Assembly (NCBI GenBank): GCA_013265495.1
Contig: MU058009.1
Span: 3,677,780 to 3,741,779, forward strand
Direction: 5' to 3'
DNA: 64,000 nt
Source: Vicugna vicugna
Taxonomy: Eukaryota
The notes below the pieces were generated by a model. It was given only the letters and a program-made list of their open reading frames with translations. It was not told the DNA's origin and did no database searches. Shown piece by piece: positions 1 through 13,157 of this stretch. The translations under genes were made by a program, and so were the position numbers. Every line of letters starts with the position of its first letter. Position 1 is the stretch's first letter.

Positions 1-40
1 TCCCCCCCCCCGTCTTCCACCCCCCACTGCCCCCTACTCC

Positions 41-1054
41 TATCGACTGGAAAATGCACAACCTAAAAGTTGAGAGTTATTCAGCAGGCGCTCCGGAGGA
101 CTTAAGCCCGGGACGCAGCCTCTCAGGTCACTTTGAGGGGCCGCTGTAAAGGGGCAGGGGAGGAGCCAGGGTATATTGGAGTTTTAGCAACAAAGACCAG
201 GTAGTTGGAACATCAAAAGATTACTGTTAATTAAAGAAAACCAGACATCTCAAGTTAAGAAATTTAGTGCTTTTCTATGTGTGGGAAGGCGAGAAGGTCT
301 GGGCTCATTGAAATCATTCCTTTGATGTGCACCTTAGCTCTCTAGGGCCAGTGTCCTGTTCTCCCCCATCTTGAGTCCCCTCCGGGGGCGCTGTGGGGGT
401 GGGGGGGTTGGGGAGTGGGGGTCGGAGGCTGGGCTGCCTGCAGTGTAGTAGCTGATGGCTTGATGGCCGAGGCGTCCTTTATTTACTGATGTTATTGTTG
501 TGGGTGAGAAGGTTCATGTCGCAGAAAGGATTCAGAAATAAGACACAGAGGTCAGGAAAGCAAAGCGAGGATTATTAAGGGGCAGACAGTTTGCTCTCCA
601 GGGAAGAGCGGGCAGACCCAGGTGGGAGCTGCCCGAGTGCCCCCGGCAGGCTGGCTGTCGTGGGTGTGAAAGTGAGGGGGCAGAAGAGCCCCTGGTGGGG
701 AGGGGCGTGGGGGAGTCTTTCCTGGTCTCCGTCCCAGCCCCGCCTTCCCCGGGGTGGGGAGGGATTTTTGTCCTTATTTAGTCTCAGTAGGGAAGTCGGA
801 TGAGGTCATAATGAACCACAGGTCACGTTGGATGGTGGGGATTCTTGTCCTGTCCCACCCTTCAGCCTCCAGGACGCTTGACAGCCCAGGTTTTTTATCA
901 GTCCGGAGGTTCCTGGTTTTTCTGGTCTGTCCAAGAACCCCTGTTGTTCACAAGTTGTGTGACTTCCTGCCGTTTGGCCCGTGTCCCCCTTTCTCTGCTC
1001 ATATCTAGCCACCTGCTGCTCTAACAATATGGCAGGCAACATTTTTCATTCGTG
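41..1054 (-). mobile_element. Solo LTR, MER41-type (artiodactyl ERV1, MER41_BT/MER41_Vpa-like), interrupted at 493-1026 by a second LTR
   Basis: Sequence such as AATGCACAACCTAAAAGTTGAGAG...GAACATCAAAAGATTACTGTTAATTAAAGAAAACCAGACATCTCAAG...GATGGCTTGATGGCC matches my recall of the artiodactyl MER41 consensus and resumes after the insert with ATATGGCAGGCAACATTTTTCA. A 4-bp TSD, CTCC, is present at 37-40 and 1055-1058. Confidence 0.8.
493..1026 (-). mobile_element. Solo ERV1-class LTR nested in the MER41-like LTR
   Basis: Interrupts the host LTR at ACTG|ATAT|GGCAGG with TSD ATGT (489-492) / ATAT (1027-1030) and ends in ...CTAACA. It shares blocks with 48730-49385 (GTCGCAGAAAG, GAGGGATTTTTGTCCTTATTTAGTCT, CAGCCTCCAGG, GTCCCCTTT). 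Confidence 0.75.
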
Positions 1055-1061
1055 CTCCTCA

Positions 1062-1180
1062 TTGTCCCCTCCCCATCTCACCCCCATCTCCCCCCGACCC
1101 CGCCCCCCCCCCCCACTGCCCCCTCCTCAACCTCCCCCACCCCCCCCCCCATATGCATCTTCCCCACCCTCTTCCTCCCT
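1062..1180. repeat. C-rich low-complexity tract (G4 on minus strand / i-motif potential)
   Basis: Many C-runs of 4-12 nt; source of the spurious proline-rich ORFs. Confidence 0.75.
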
Positions 1181-1264
1181 CTGCTGCTGCCTGAGACCCT
1201 GTCTGCTGTGCTCGGTGCTGTGGGGATGGTTCAAAAGAGGCAGAGGTAGCTTTGACTAGACTCT

Positions 1265-1465
1265 AGGAACAGGGGCTCTGCAGGCATTCAGACTGAAGTT
1301 CCAGTCCTGGCTCCGCCCCATCCCGGTGCCTGACCTGGGACGGAGCTCAGCTTCAGTTTCCTCGTTCCCAGAGCAGAGCGAATCCCCCCCGTCTGGTGGA
1401 GCGAGCGCTGGAAGATGGATGCACATGCCACGGCAGGCAGCTCACACTTACCGAATGCTTATTAC
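1265..1465 (+). mobile_element. MIR SINE
   Basis: Degenerate MIR core: GTTCCAGTCCTGGCTCCGCC...TGACCTGGG...CTTCAGTTTCCTC, with a tail ending CTTACCGAATGCTTATTA. Confidence 0.55.
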
Positions 1466-3544
1466 CCGGTACTGAAATAGTTGTACAGTTTGGTTTGTTC
1501 TACTGATTCTGTTACTGTTATTTTTATTATGATTATTACGAGGTTCTTCTGAGTCCTGCAGACGTCTGTGCCCTCTGCCCTGGAGCCCGGGTCCTTCCCC
1601 TCCTCTTTCTCCGAAAATCCACAGCAACTGATTGCTGTTACTTCTGCTCTTTCCCTGTTGTCGGGTTTCATTAAAAATGCTAATTCCCCAGCCTGCCTCC
1701 CCATCTTGGCATCTGCATATACATGAGGGCTCATTCCCAGGCTGGAGTGGGCTGAGCGGCTTGGAAGGGAGCTCGGCCGGGGAGGGCTGGCTGGGACGCC
1801 GCCTGCGGTGGGGCTGCCAGGAGGGGCCGCTGCTCAGCTCTCGTCTGGTCTCCTTTATTCTCGCCTGCCCTTTCCTGGGGGCACCTGCTGGTGAGCAGGA
1901 GGATGCGGGCCCCTACCATGGGTGCTTGTAACTGGCATGGCCTTGCCAGGATCCGTTCCAGGCAGGAGACGTGACCTGTGCTCTTGGCGGTGCAGGAGGC
2001 TGATCCTGGCGCTGCCACTCCAGAGGTGGCATCGCCTGACCAGGTGGTCCCGCGACATTCCATTCCAGCACTAGGAGGGCACTTTGGAGCCCAGTGGAGC
2101 TTCACAATAAACACAATGATTGTTGCAGCTCATGCAGCTCTGGAAGATGTGCCCACTAAGCAGGTGTCTGTAATTTCGCAGGAGAATGTCAGGAGCATGG
2201 ATGCCATGACTTTGCACATTCGTTTTGGAGTAAGTGGTGTGGTGGACAAAGGAACCCTTCTTGGAGTCCACAGACGTGGATTCCAATAGGATCACATCTC
2301 TTGACAGCTCGGTAACCCAGACCCTCCCCTGCTCTGGGCCTCAGCTTCCTCACCTTTAGAGTGGATCCAGTGGTGACTGCCCTGCGGAGTTGGGGTGGTG
2401 TTGGCGCACATCCGGTCCTGGCCTGCAGCGCAACCCCTGTGTCTCCATCACCGCCACCTGGGCCGGGCCATGCCAGACTTCCGCTGGGACCACCCCAGCC
2501 ACCTCTGAAGTCTTCCCACAGTTCCCTGTCTCTCCTTCCAAGCCCGTCGTGGGCTGGGGGTGGCTGGGGTGGGCAGGTCCTCCATCCTCATCAGCAGCAG
2601 ATGCCCATTGAAGGAGACCCAGCCCAACCTCCCCCTATTCTTTGCTGGAATATTTTGGGGGTTGAAATTCAAAAAGAAAGAAAAAAATCAATATTTTCTC
2701 AGGCAAAAAAAAAAAAAAAGAGAAAAGAAGAAGACATACCGTGGAGAGTGTCCTGTTCTAGACACAACCTGGGTCGTGCCGTTGGCTCATTGTAAACTCT
2801 GAACTGACTGACTCTTCTTCTTGAGGCGAAGCGCGTGGAAGATTCTCTACCTGTTCTCTGGGCCCCTCCGATCTCATTTCACACACTGGCCTTTTCTAAT
2901 TTTTACAAATATGGCAAGTTCCTTCTGCATCAGGGGACAGTCCCCTTAGCCCCCAGCCCAGGTCTGAGCTCTGGGCGGGCCCTGTGCTGTCCACGTGGGC
3001 CTGTGCGGCAGGGGTCCACGGAGCTCCGGTATCGCGTCTACATCTGATTATTTTGTGAATCATTTGCCCTCTTGGAAAAGCTGTGTCACCGCAGAGGACC
3101 CCTCTGGGTGATGTGTGTTCGGGCAGGGATCACGGGTGGCAGTGCCCTGTGTCCCCGCAGGCGGGAGACAGGGTGGAATTCCCTGGGAGGCAGCCTCTGC
3201 TCCCTCCAACTGAACTCCTAGCTGGGCTCACTCCCAGCTCAGCACTGGCGGCCACCGTGGGGGCCGGACCTCCCTGTCCTCGCGGCAGCTCCGCCCTCCT
3301 GACTGCAGGGGACCCGGGGAGAGAGTGGACTGTGTAGACTCGCACTGAGAGGGCGCCACGCTGTCTTCGTCCTCTTCGGCCAGGTTGTGTGTTTCACTGG
3401 CAGAGGCAGCAGGAGCCTGTGCAGAAAGGCCTGTCTGCCTCTCCTTTAAATCTTTATCCCCGAGGGAGTCATTAGGACCCAAGAGGCACCTATTCCACAA
3501 ATATTTACTGAGCAAATATTTCCATGAAGCTCTGTTCCACATAT

Positions 3545-3720
3545 TCTATTTTTATGTATTTGTCAACCCTCACGACGTCTCTAGGAGGCAGGCATTATCA
3601 CTGCCCTCATAACACCGCTGAGATAGCCCAGGCCCAGAGAGGGGAAATCATTTGCCTGAGACCCCTCAGAGAGTAAGAGGCGCAGCTGGAAGCCGAACTC
3701 AGACCGTCTGACCCCGAGCC
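3545..3720 (-). mobile_element. MIR SINE
   Basis: AACCCTCACGAC...AGGAGGCAGGCATTATCACTGCCC...GGCCCAGAGAGGGGAAATCATTTGCCTGAG is the reverse MIR core. Confidence 0.55.
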
Positions 3721-3879
3721 TGCCGAGTTGCGCAAGCCCAGCCCAACCAGACGGGAAGCATCCTCCATGGAGGGTGCACCCTGGGGAGAGTGACAGGCAG
3801 CAAACACGTGACTTAGGACAAGAAGCAAAGCGTGTTGGCCGGGGAGCGGGGGGGAGGGGAGGGACGCGGAGTGGCGCTG

Positions 3880-5300
3880 GGGGTGCGGTGTGGTGGTGGG
3901 GAGGCAGCTGCGGGCAGAGTGGCTGGCCAGGGCCTGGGTGAGGAGGTAACCTGCTGGAGCTGGGTGAGCAGACTGCCCGAGGAAGGACAGTCCAGGCAGA
4001 GGACGGGGCGGAGGACTTGTCCTCTCTGGAACGAGGAGGGACATGGCAGGAGAAGCAGCTCTGAGCGGGCGGGGCCGTCACCAGAGGACACCAGGCCAGG
4101 TAGGGGGAGGGGAGGGGAGGCTGCTGGAGGGTTTTCAAGAGAAGAATGCTGAGATCTGACACGTATGTTAAAAAGGTCATCTGGCTCCTCTTTGGAGAGT
4201 GACCTCAGGAGGACCAGCGACCAGGTCTTTCCAGCCCAGGTAAGAGGTAGTGTTGGAGCGGAGATGACACAAAATGGAAGTAGACTCGGACTGTGGTAGG
4301 GGCCCCGTGATGACAGCGTTTGCAGTGGGACCCTACGTGGGCGGTGGGGAAGAGAAGGCGGAACCAGTGATGATCTCCAGGGCTGTGGCCTGAGCAGCTG
4401 GTGTGATGGTGACGTCGCTCATTAAGACGGGGATGAACCGAGGAGGAAGAGGTGCCTGTGTGTGTAACAGGTCATCCTGAATCACGGGTTCTGTCGTGAA
4501 CATGCTGAGTTTAAGTTCTCTGTTAGACTGGAGTGGTGATGCCATCACTGGGTCTGTGAGTTTGGAATTCAAGGCGGGGTGGAGGCTGGATACCAGCATT
4601 AGGATGGCCTTAAAGTGCTGAGCTGAACGAGAGCACAGAGAAGGTGTGTAGACGGGGGGCTGGGCAGGGATGGGGCCCTGCAGTCCTGAGGGGTCACGAG
4701 GAAGATGAGAAGCCAGCACAGGAGCTGAGCAGAGGGGAGGAGGTTCAGGGCGTGTGCCGCCCCAGCACAGCAGGGGGAGGAAGGCACGGCCAGAGGGTGA
4801 CAGTCCTCCGGGTGCCTGAGCTCTGACTCTGGTCCCTTCGCTCCCCATCACCCATTGCTTTTCTCCATCAGTCACCCTTCTGCACACGAGGCGTTTGTGC
4901 ACTTGGGCTACGGTCGGGCTTCCCCCGGGAACACAGCCTCACGGGCAGGGGTTGTGTCTCTGTTTAGGGACAGGCCGGCCCTTCATAGGTACTGAACTAA
5001 GCACCTGCTGAGTGAGTCTGTCACTAGAGGGAGAAACTGAGTAAGCTGAGAACCAAGAAGGCCCCACGGGTATTCGTGACTGAGGGAGAATCAGGGCTGA
5101 GGAGGTGCAGATGGAGAAAACAGAGAACTTTCTCGGGAGGGCTTGGGGAGACCTTTGGCTAGATGATGTCTCTGTTTCCCCGGGAGACACTGCAGGCTGA
5201 CGGGATTATCCAGGGCGGTGGGGGAAGCTGGCCGTGAGGACACAGAGGCGGGGAGGGTCAGGAACGCAGCAGGGGGTGGCAGGTGCAGGGAGGATGCACG
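3880..5300 (-). mobile_element. L2 LINE remnants (fragmented)
   Basis: L2-typical blocks: GGAGGGTTTTCAAGAGAAGAATGCTGAGATCTGACACGTATGTTAAAAAGGTCATCTGGCT, GAACATGCTGAGTTTAAG, TTGGAATTCAAGGCGGGGTGGAGGCTGGA. Confidence 0.6.
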
Positions 5301-6844
5301 TGGGACCCGAGCACAGGGGAGGGCTTGTCTTGAGGTCGAAGTGAAAACAGGACAGGTCGAGCAGACACATGTGGGCGGATTTGGGAAAGAAAGAGGCAAG
5401 TTCCTTTTCTTCTGGTTGTTTCTAGATCTTCTGAGGTGTAGGAAGTGAGGTCCCCACTGGGGGAAGGAAGGAGGTTTGGAGGCCTAAGGGGCAAGCGGGA
5501 GCTGTAAGGTGGCCGCCTGCGGGGCAGGAGGGAAGGAGAGCGGATTTGCCAGGAAACGCGTGGGGGTCCTTGGGCAGCGTTAGGCCACTTGGTATCTGAG
5601 GTCGGGAGTTTGAGCTCCAGCCACATGCATGGCTCCCCTTTTTCTCTAATCCGTTTGGAGGCTCTGTTAGAGGTGAAGTTAGCTGGGGGCTGGGAGCAAC
5701 TCAGATGCCAACCTCAGGGCTACAGAGCAGTCCATCCGAGCAGAAACGGCTGAGCCAGGGAACCGACTCCCCTGGCCGCTGTGACCCAGGCCCTGGGCCG
5801 CCTCAGACCAGCACCTGCCCACCCAGCCGGCCCTCCAGGGCACCTCTGCTGCCCCAACCAGCTGCAGACCTGCAGCTGGTCCCCACACACCCGGCCCACC
5901 TGTGCCCTGTGCTCGCCCCTCCTCTGTCCTCTGGGTCCCATGGGCTCGGGTTCCCGGAAGCCAAAGCAGACCTTCTCCTGGGAAGGCCCCCCTCAGCTCA
6001 GCCTGGGCTGAGCGCTCGGGGCTTGGCAGGAATGACCTTCTCAGACAGAGGTCCGCAGCAGAGAGCCTGAGGGGTGTAAAGTGCCCGTCCACCAGCCTGT
6101 CCAGCTCCGCGTGGAGTCGGGAGTCGGTTTCACAGGGCACTGGGCTTCTCTCTCGGGTGGGTGGCCAGCAGCACGTGTCATGCTCCCTGTCTGTCTCTGG
6201 GCTGGTCCACCTCTGCCCAGACTCACCACCCTCCCCGCGCTCCCTGGCCTGTGTGCTCCACGGCTGTCTGGGTGTCAGCTGTCAGACTCCCTGGATGTCT
6301 GTCCATTTACTGATCTGGAGGTTCCCTGCCCTCGTGCGTCCTGTCAGTCTGTCCACCCCCGTCTGATGCCTCTGCCTGCGCGCGCCCACTCCAGCCTGAC
6401 GGCAGCTGTGTCTCTTCTTTGGCAGTTGGCCCTCACGTCTCAGTATCAGCATATTCAGATTGAAGTCAACCCACCCTCTCGCCAGCCACGTTGCCCCCGG
6501 CCGGACCGCAGGCAGAGGGTGTTAGCATGAAATAGGAGGCCTGTCTCCATCGTGGAGGAGCAGAAAGGCTTCTGGTCTCAGGGCCGTGCCACCTGCCTCC
6601 TCTCCTCTCTCAACCTCACTTACCGTGTCTGCGAAGTAGGGGTCATGTGCCCTGTGAGTTCAGGGTGTAGACAGGAGGTCACTGCAGCTTGAGGGCACAT
6701 AGCAGGTCTTTGAATGCTCCTGAATCTATGGTGCATGGTCTAAGTCTCAAACATGTAATACAGCCCTGTCTATTGAATAATTATTCTCACTGCATTAAAG
6801 ACTTTCTGTGCTTCATTGGGTTTAATTTTTATGAAACCCAGGGA

Positions 6845-6950
6845 CCTGCATTAGCAAAGTCTGTTCCCACAAACAGTAACGTTGATGTGACCTGGGACTT
6901 TCTTGAAAAGCAGCGTTTTGGGCCTCATCCCCAAGTCTTTTGAGCCAGGA
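6845..6950. mobile_element. MER5-like hAT-Charlie DNA transposon fragment
   Basis: ACCTGGGACTTTCTTGAAAAGCAGCGTTTTGGGCCTCATCCCCAAG resembles the MER5A interior. Confidence 0.4.
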
Positions 6951-9900
6951 AAGGAGTTTTACAAGATTTCCAAACTGTCAGAAGTACTATTGTTGATCTT
7001 CGTCCTGTAGACAAACTGAAATCTGAACTGGGTGAAGCACGTGTCCCGGCCACACCGCCGACGCGTGGTGCTTCTTGGGTTCTGAGACTGGTCTCTCTGA
7101 CTGTGGGACTTACCACCAAGGCCTGGCGTGCTTTGAGGATGGGAACACACCCACACATACACGCACCCCCACACGCAAAGCGGGTGGACGGCCCCTCAGC
7201 GCACTCGGAGACCACGGCCTGAAGTGTTCAGAGGTCAGAGACCAAACAAGTGAGACGTCTTCCCCTTCCCCTGCAAGGAAAGTGGCAGCAGGAATGCTAG
7301 ACTGGAGGTGAGGAGACTTCAGCGTGACGAGCTGTGTGGTCTTGGGTCTGTTACTTCACCTCTCTGAGCCTGTGTCGCTTCAGGGGCAAAGTGAGGGAAT
7401 GGGACCCGACGTGACTGCAGTGTCCCTTGGTTATCATCCTTTTGTTGTGCAGGGGACTCTGTTTGGACAGTCTCTGGGCATGAGACCTTGGTCAGTGTGT
7501 GTGTTCGATGCCAGTTACTGCTCCTGCAGTGGCGTTGCGTGGTAGCTGGGGCGAGGGGAGAGGAAAAAAACACGTAAGAGAGATTGTTAGAGAACAGTTG
7601 AGTTCTGAAATCCAAACCTGGCTTCTCTAAAACCATCCCCCTTCGAGCACAGACAAATCAGGCAGCCCTGTATCACGTACCCCTCGTGATTATTCTGGAG
7701 CCTGTTTGTGGGACGAGAGGCCCTTTCATGCATCATTCCCAGGACTTTCCTCGAGGGGTTTATGGACCAAGGACATCTGGAGCCTGAGGCTTTATGTCTG
7801 TCGGTGTGATCATCCAAACGGAGGAAGGGCCTATAACACTCCAAATGCCGGTGCCCGAATATCTTTAATTCCTTCTGAAGGGTCGGGGTTATTTCTCCAT
7901 CGGGAGTGCTAATGGGATTCTAATACCCTGGCAAATGGGATTTTTTACAACTGCCATTCTGCAGTTACTGACATGGCGTGTCGCCGGGACAGCCCTATAA
8001 ATCCTGCCGCGACTCTGAGGAGGGGGCGGGGAGGGGCCCCAGGGAGAGCCGGCTCTCTCCATGGTGCTGACCGCGCGTGCGGTGGGCCCGCCGCGGGGGC
8101 AGCTCTGGATCCAATTCTCAGGATGAGTTACTGACTGCACTGGAGAGTCCAGCTTAGCTGTGAAAATACGGCAGGGTCCACAGCCCCTGGGCCTAGAAGA
8201 AACAGAATTTGATGGAAACAGGGTAAAGGCCTGTAAGAGATACACTTTTCTTTTTGCCTCTTTCCCTTTGGTTTTCTAGGGCCTCTGTTTCAAGGGCTTA
8301 TGAACAGAGGACTTAAGAATATTTTCCAAAAGCAGATACCTGTGTCCTTTCAAGCTGAGTGGAAACGGGACCCCAAGAAAGGCTCATGGAGGGTATTGAA
8401 AAGAAGGAACGTGCCATGGCCCCATCTTGATGTTGGGTTAAAACGGGTGCCTTAGAGTAAAATCATTGCGAAAAACAGAGAGCGAGATACTTCATGTTCA
8501 GTCTGATTACCCTCGAAGCACGAGTTCCTTGTGAAGCTGGGCCCCCGTGTCAGCACACTGCCTACTGATAGCCTTCATCAGATCCCCGCAAGGGACGAGG
8601 CAGATAGCAGGGCAGATCACGTCCTTGCTGTTTCAGAGAAGAACGGTAGCCCTTGAAACCGGGGTACGTTGTCCCAGGACACCCCAGCTTCCTGCTGCCG
8701 AGACAGGACTCAAGCCCGGATTTCATGATTTAAACCCAGCCCGCCCCCACTCTGCCATGCTGTCTTCTCTGGGAAGATGTGAGGCAGGGTCCGCTGTCCT
8801 CCTCAAGGTCAGGCTGTCTCTGAAGGAAAGCTTCACTAAGGTGGGGTCTCAGATTGGGGGTCTGGGTTGCTTCTGAGGGGAGGGTTTGCCCACGGACCAC
8901 CTAACCGTGGTGCTGCCGCCTGTGGGTATCCCTGAGGACTCCAGTCTGAACTCCGCGGTCTGGCGTCCGTGCAGCACGCCCCGCGCGCTCTCTGGTTTCC
9001 ATCTCCTTTCCCTGACTTTGCTCGCCTGCGGCCTCTCTCCCCGCACGGGCAGTTCACTTCGCGGTGTCGTGTTGTGTCACAAGCCTGCTTTGTCCACACC
9101 AGGATGCCAGCTCCTCTCACACCAGGCTTCAGCAGGGCCCTTTTTCATGGGTAAATAACGGGTGAATAATTTACTGAGTCAATAATGTTTGCGTAACTAG
9201 ACCCCATGGAAGATGTGAAGAAGTGTAAAACCCGGTTCTAGTTTTCAAGGAGCTTACAAATTTCCGGGGGAGACAGCCGTATCCCTAAGTTGAAAGACAG
9301 CAATTTGCTGCCACTGTTTAGCTCTTTGCAGTCGCAACACGTTCACAACGGCATCTCATCCCAGCCTCCCGACAGGGAGATGAGGTTAGGATTTTAATTC
9401 CTTCTTTAAAGATGAGAAGGACAGGTAGACTGAGGTGTGTCCAAATTTATGAAGTGAGAAAGCTGTTTAACTGAGGCACCATCTTAGGCCCGTGGCTTCA
9501 AGCAGATGGAGCTGGCAAATAAGGTGATGCCAGTTTGCACGAAATAGGTGCAAATGGCACAGTCATCAGAGGAAGGACAAGATCATCAGGCAAGAAGGGG
9601 AGGAAACACCTTCACCGAGGAGGTGATGCGTAGGGGAGACCGTGTTGTCCATTTCTCTAGAGTTTCTTCTCCGTGGGCTCAAGGGGTGGGTGTCTGGCAG
9701 AGTCTTTGGAGACAGCGTGGGCCTGGTGGCCACATGGCTGTCACATCATGGGGGTCAGAACTCATAAGCTGCATGAAGCAACCCAGCCTCTCCTACTTAG
9801 GGGGACAGCTGTGCAATTCCAGTTCCAGGAGTGAGCCCTGTCCCGCAGCCCTGGTGTCACGTCCCCTCCTCCCCATGTGACCCGCCAGCCCAGCAGGCTT

Positions 9901-10074
9901 GCTGCTCTCCACTGTGGCCCTGCAGTTCCAGCCCAGAGAGATAGAGCCTGCGAAGGCGGCATCTTGCAGGTCGAGGCCGCTGGCCCTGCTCAGCACTTCT
10001 GTCTGTGTCGTTCGCTGGTGGAGACGGGAATGGACGGGCCTGCTGTGCGTTCTCCCCTCCTGGTTCCTAGCTAT

Positions 10075-10240
10075 CCAAGGAGTGGGGCTTGGAGCCAGAC
10101 AGGCCTCGATTCAAATCTGGCTGCGACTCGCAGTAGTTGTAGGACTGTGTTCAATTTACTAACTTCTTCTGAGTATCGAATACCTTCTGCCTCAATATTG
10201 TTTTCAATCTGAATAACATTTCCTACCTGCCCTATCACTG
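10075..10240 (+). mobile_element. MIR SINE
   Basis: GGAGCCAGACAGGCCTCGATTCAAATCTGGCT...TTTACTAACTTCTCTGAG. Confidence 0.6.
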
Positions 10241-10477
10241 TTGCATTTATTTTATTATCTTCAGGCCTTTCTAAAGTCCCAGGGGCGGTGTAACTGGAGG
10301 ATCTAATGAGCTACAGCGGGGCTGGCACGGGGCTCTGCCTTCTGCTCGGCCCCGGCTGGGCAGGGTCTGCGGTGCCCGCTTGGCTGTGAGAAGGGCTCTC
10401 TCCAGCAAAGCGTGCCTCCCGACTTGTGGGACGAGCCAGGACCATCTGGGTGGAAGGAACCTGGCATGTCCCGTCCT

Positions 10478-10645
10478 AACCTAGGTTCTGCCTCCAACTT
10501 CCCATGCAGTTTGGGGAAATCATTTAACCTCTCAGAAACTCCAGTTTTTCAGGACGAAAATCACTTTGAAGAGAAGATGCCTCTTCCAGGGCTACTGGTA
10601 CAATGGACGCAAAGGGTTCCCTAGAAGCACTTCATAAGCTGCCCG
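10478..10645 (+). mobile_element. MIR SINE
   Basis: GGTTCTGCCTCCAACT...TTGGGGAAATCATTTAACCTCTCAGAAACTCCAGTTTT. Confidence 0.55.
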
Positions 10646-13128
10646 GCTCTGTGGTCCAGGCCCTGGGGTCTCTAAGTGAGGCTTTCAGAAGCTCGTCATC
10701 CGTTTCTCTGAGACCCATGCACGTAGCTGTGTCTGAGCAGGGAGACCAGGTGGCTGGTGGACACAATTTCCTGGACCAGCAGCAGAAGTTCAAAAGGAAC
10801 CAAGCCAGCCCCTCAGAGTGGAGCCAAGTGGATGAGCCCAGCAGGTGAGGCTGGGCCAGCGGCCAGTGGGAAGAGTGCAGCGGTCCCAGGACCTAATTGA
10901 ATCAAAGTGAGATGGAGGCAGACTGGCTGCAGCAGCCCTGGGTCTCTGCCTGTCTCTGGCCGGGGCCCTCATGATAGTCGTGCCTTGCCCTGTAATCTCT
11001 AAAACAGCCCCTCGTCTCCCTCTGTGCTTAGGGATGGCTTGAATACAGCAAGGCCAGTGCCTCCAGCCTTTGATCTGAGGCCTAAGGCCTCATGCAAGCA
11101 GGACTTCAGGCCTGCACTTGAGAAACCAAAACTGAAACAACACAAAAACCCCGAGGTTATACATATTGCATGATTGCATCCAGTCTCCGCTTAGGGCTGA
11201 TTTTCCTCCATTGCCGATTGCAGGAAGCCAGAGAGATGGGATTATTGTCTCGGGCAATCACAAGCGGAGGCACCTGGCAGCTGAGGCCTCCACCTCCTCT
11301 CCCTGCGCACTTGTAAATAGGCCACATCGAGCTCCGTTCTGTCCCCAGAATCCTCAGCTCGCAAGGCACCAGCAGAGGCATTTACCAAATCCCATTATAA
11401 CTGCAAGCACTTTGCAAAGCCAATCTCCGAGTCAGAGGGTGACCTTTCAGAGCAGGAACTCAGAGGAGCCTGACCCACACACGGGGCCACAGGCACCTGA
11501 CCCTGGGTTTTCAGCCACGGCAAAGCCAGGCCCACCTGCTGTCCACACGGATTCCAGGGATCAGGGGAGAGAGAAAGTAGAGAGCCAGGGGCCAGAGCGC
11601 GCCACCCCTGGACGTGCAGAGACCCGCAAGTCCCTGGCAAGCTGTGCGGTCCGTGCCTGCAGCCACGCCCACTGAGACTCCGGATATGAGCAGCCTGGGG
11701 AACAGGGCCGGGGTTTTACTTTCCTGCTTCTCACTGGTGTGAGTTCCTGGTGGGCTTCTCCAGGCTCTGACTGCAGCCAGCCCAACCCCGGCTCCGAGCT
11801 CCCAAGCTAAGACAGCAGAGGGTGGAATTCACGGTGAAGTGGCAGGTGCACAAGCTCCCCCCTCAGGCCCGGCGGTGCTGCCTGGCCTGCCGTAGCGCTC
11901 TGCTTTGTCCTCTGCCCTCTCCCATCTCCTCAGCCACCGCGCGGACCCGGATCCACCAGTGTGTGGAAGGGTCACGTGTGTCGTCCCCGAAGGGAAGCCC
12001 CACACCCTCTGCGCTCTCCCTGTACTGGCCCAGGTGTGCCTTCTGGAAAGTTTCCCGTCCTTGATCTTGGTAATTTGCCCAATTCAGCATTCAGTTACAC
12101 TCACCCTGCACTTGGCTCCACCGAGGTTGGAGGCCTGGTTCTGAGCCTGCACTAGAGGCCGGTCCCTGTGTCCCGTCTTGTCCTCTCTGGCCCTTTTCTC
12201 CAGCTGCGCTCAGTCCCTTGTTCTGTTCTGTGGCCACGTCACCTCTGCCCACGATGCTGTGTCCTCCTCCCTTCCTCCAGGAAGGCCCCATCGGCCCGGC
12301 CCGCAGTCTGGACCTTATACGCCGGGCATCGCACCCACCCTGCACAGCGTCAGTGCCCAAGCAGGGCCCCGTTCACTGCTGAGGGTGTGGCCCCAAACCT
12401 CCTTTCTAGAAGGAAACAGCCTACCCAGAGAGTGCTGTCACCAGCGTATTGGAGGGACCAGCCTGCAGAGAGCCCAGCCTGTGAGGTTTGCACGCGGACA
12501 ACAGAGAGGGTGATACGCCACGGGGAGGACCAAGTGCATCAGACCAGAAATACGGAACAAACCCCAAGAAGGACCTTGGAACACAAGTCAAGGGTTTGCT
12601 CCTCCGTCAGCCACGATGAGAGGGGAAGGAGCAGCCGTCTCAAGTGTGTGGGAGCCGGGACTGGGGAAGGGCAGCAGCTTCCTTCCTGAAATCCTCCTCC
12701 GTCTGTCACAGGTGGTGAGGAGAGAATGAAAGAATCAATGTGAAGGTGCTTTGAACTTTTTTAGGCTCAAAAGTGCTGTAAGGATCTAAAGTATTATGAT
12801 TGTCTTTTGACCGTGTGATGATCTTGATTCCATGGGGCACGGTGGGGTGTCTGCGGCTGCCTGGGTGGGGCTCTTGGCAGCTGCGATTCAGAGGGAGATT
12901 TATAGACGAGGGTAGAGGGTCAGAGGTGAGGTTTTATCTTAATTACGTGCTGGCAAGTAGCCTTCCGCCAAGTCACAGCCCAGGAGGAGGAGAATCAAAT
13001 GTCCCTTTCCCCACAGCACCATCCCCGCCTAACAGACACCATGACTTTGTGCCGTTTTCACCGTGGCTCCCAGCTCAGGCATGTGCTCCCAAGCCATCAT
13101 CGGGTGCCACGAGGAAAAATTATTATTA

Positions 13129-13157
13129 ATGATGATGATGATGATGATGATGATGAT
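13129..13157. repeat. (GAT)n microsatellite at left breakpoint of tandem duplication
   Basis: AT followed by (GAT)9, directly visible. Confidence 0.95.

Noticed and set aside
981..1259. Proline-rich ORF
   Set aside because: It derives from the C-rich low-complexity tract and LTR end.
2734..2860. Possible minus-strand exon ending in a good donor (ACG|GTATGT at 2740)
   Set aside because: There is no polypyrimidine acceptor, the obvious frame has a stop, and no partner exons were found.
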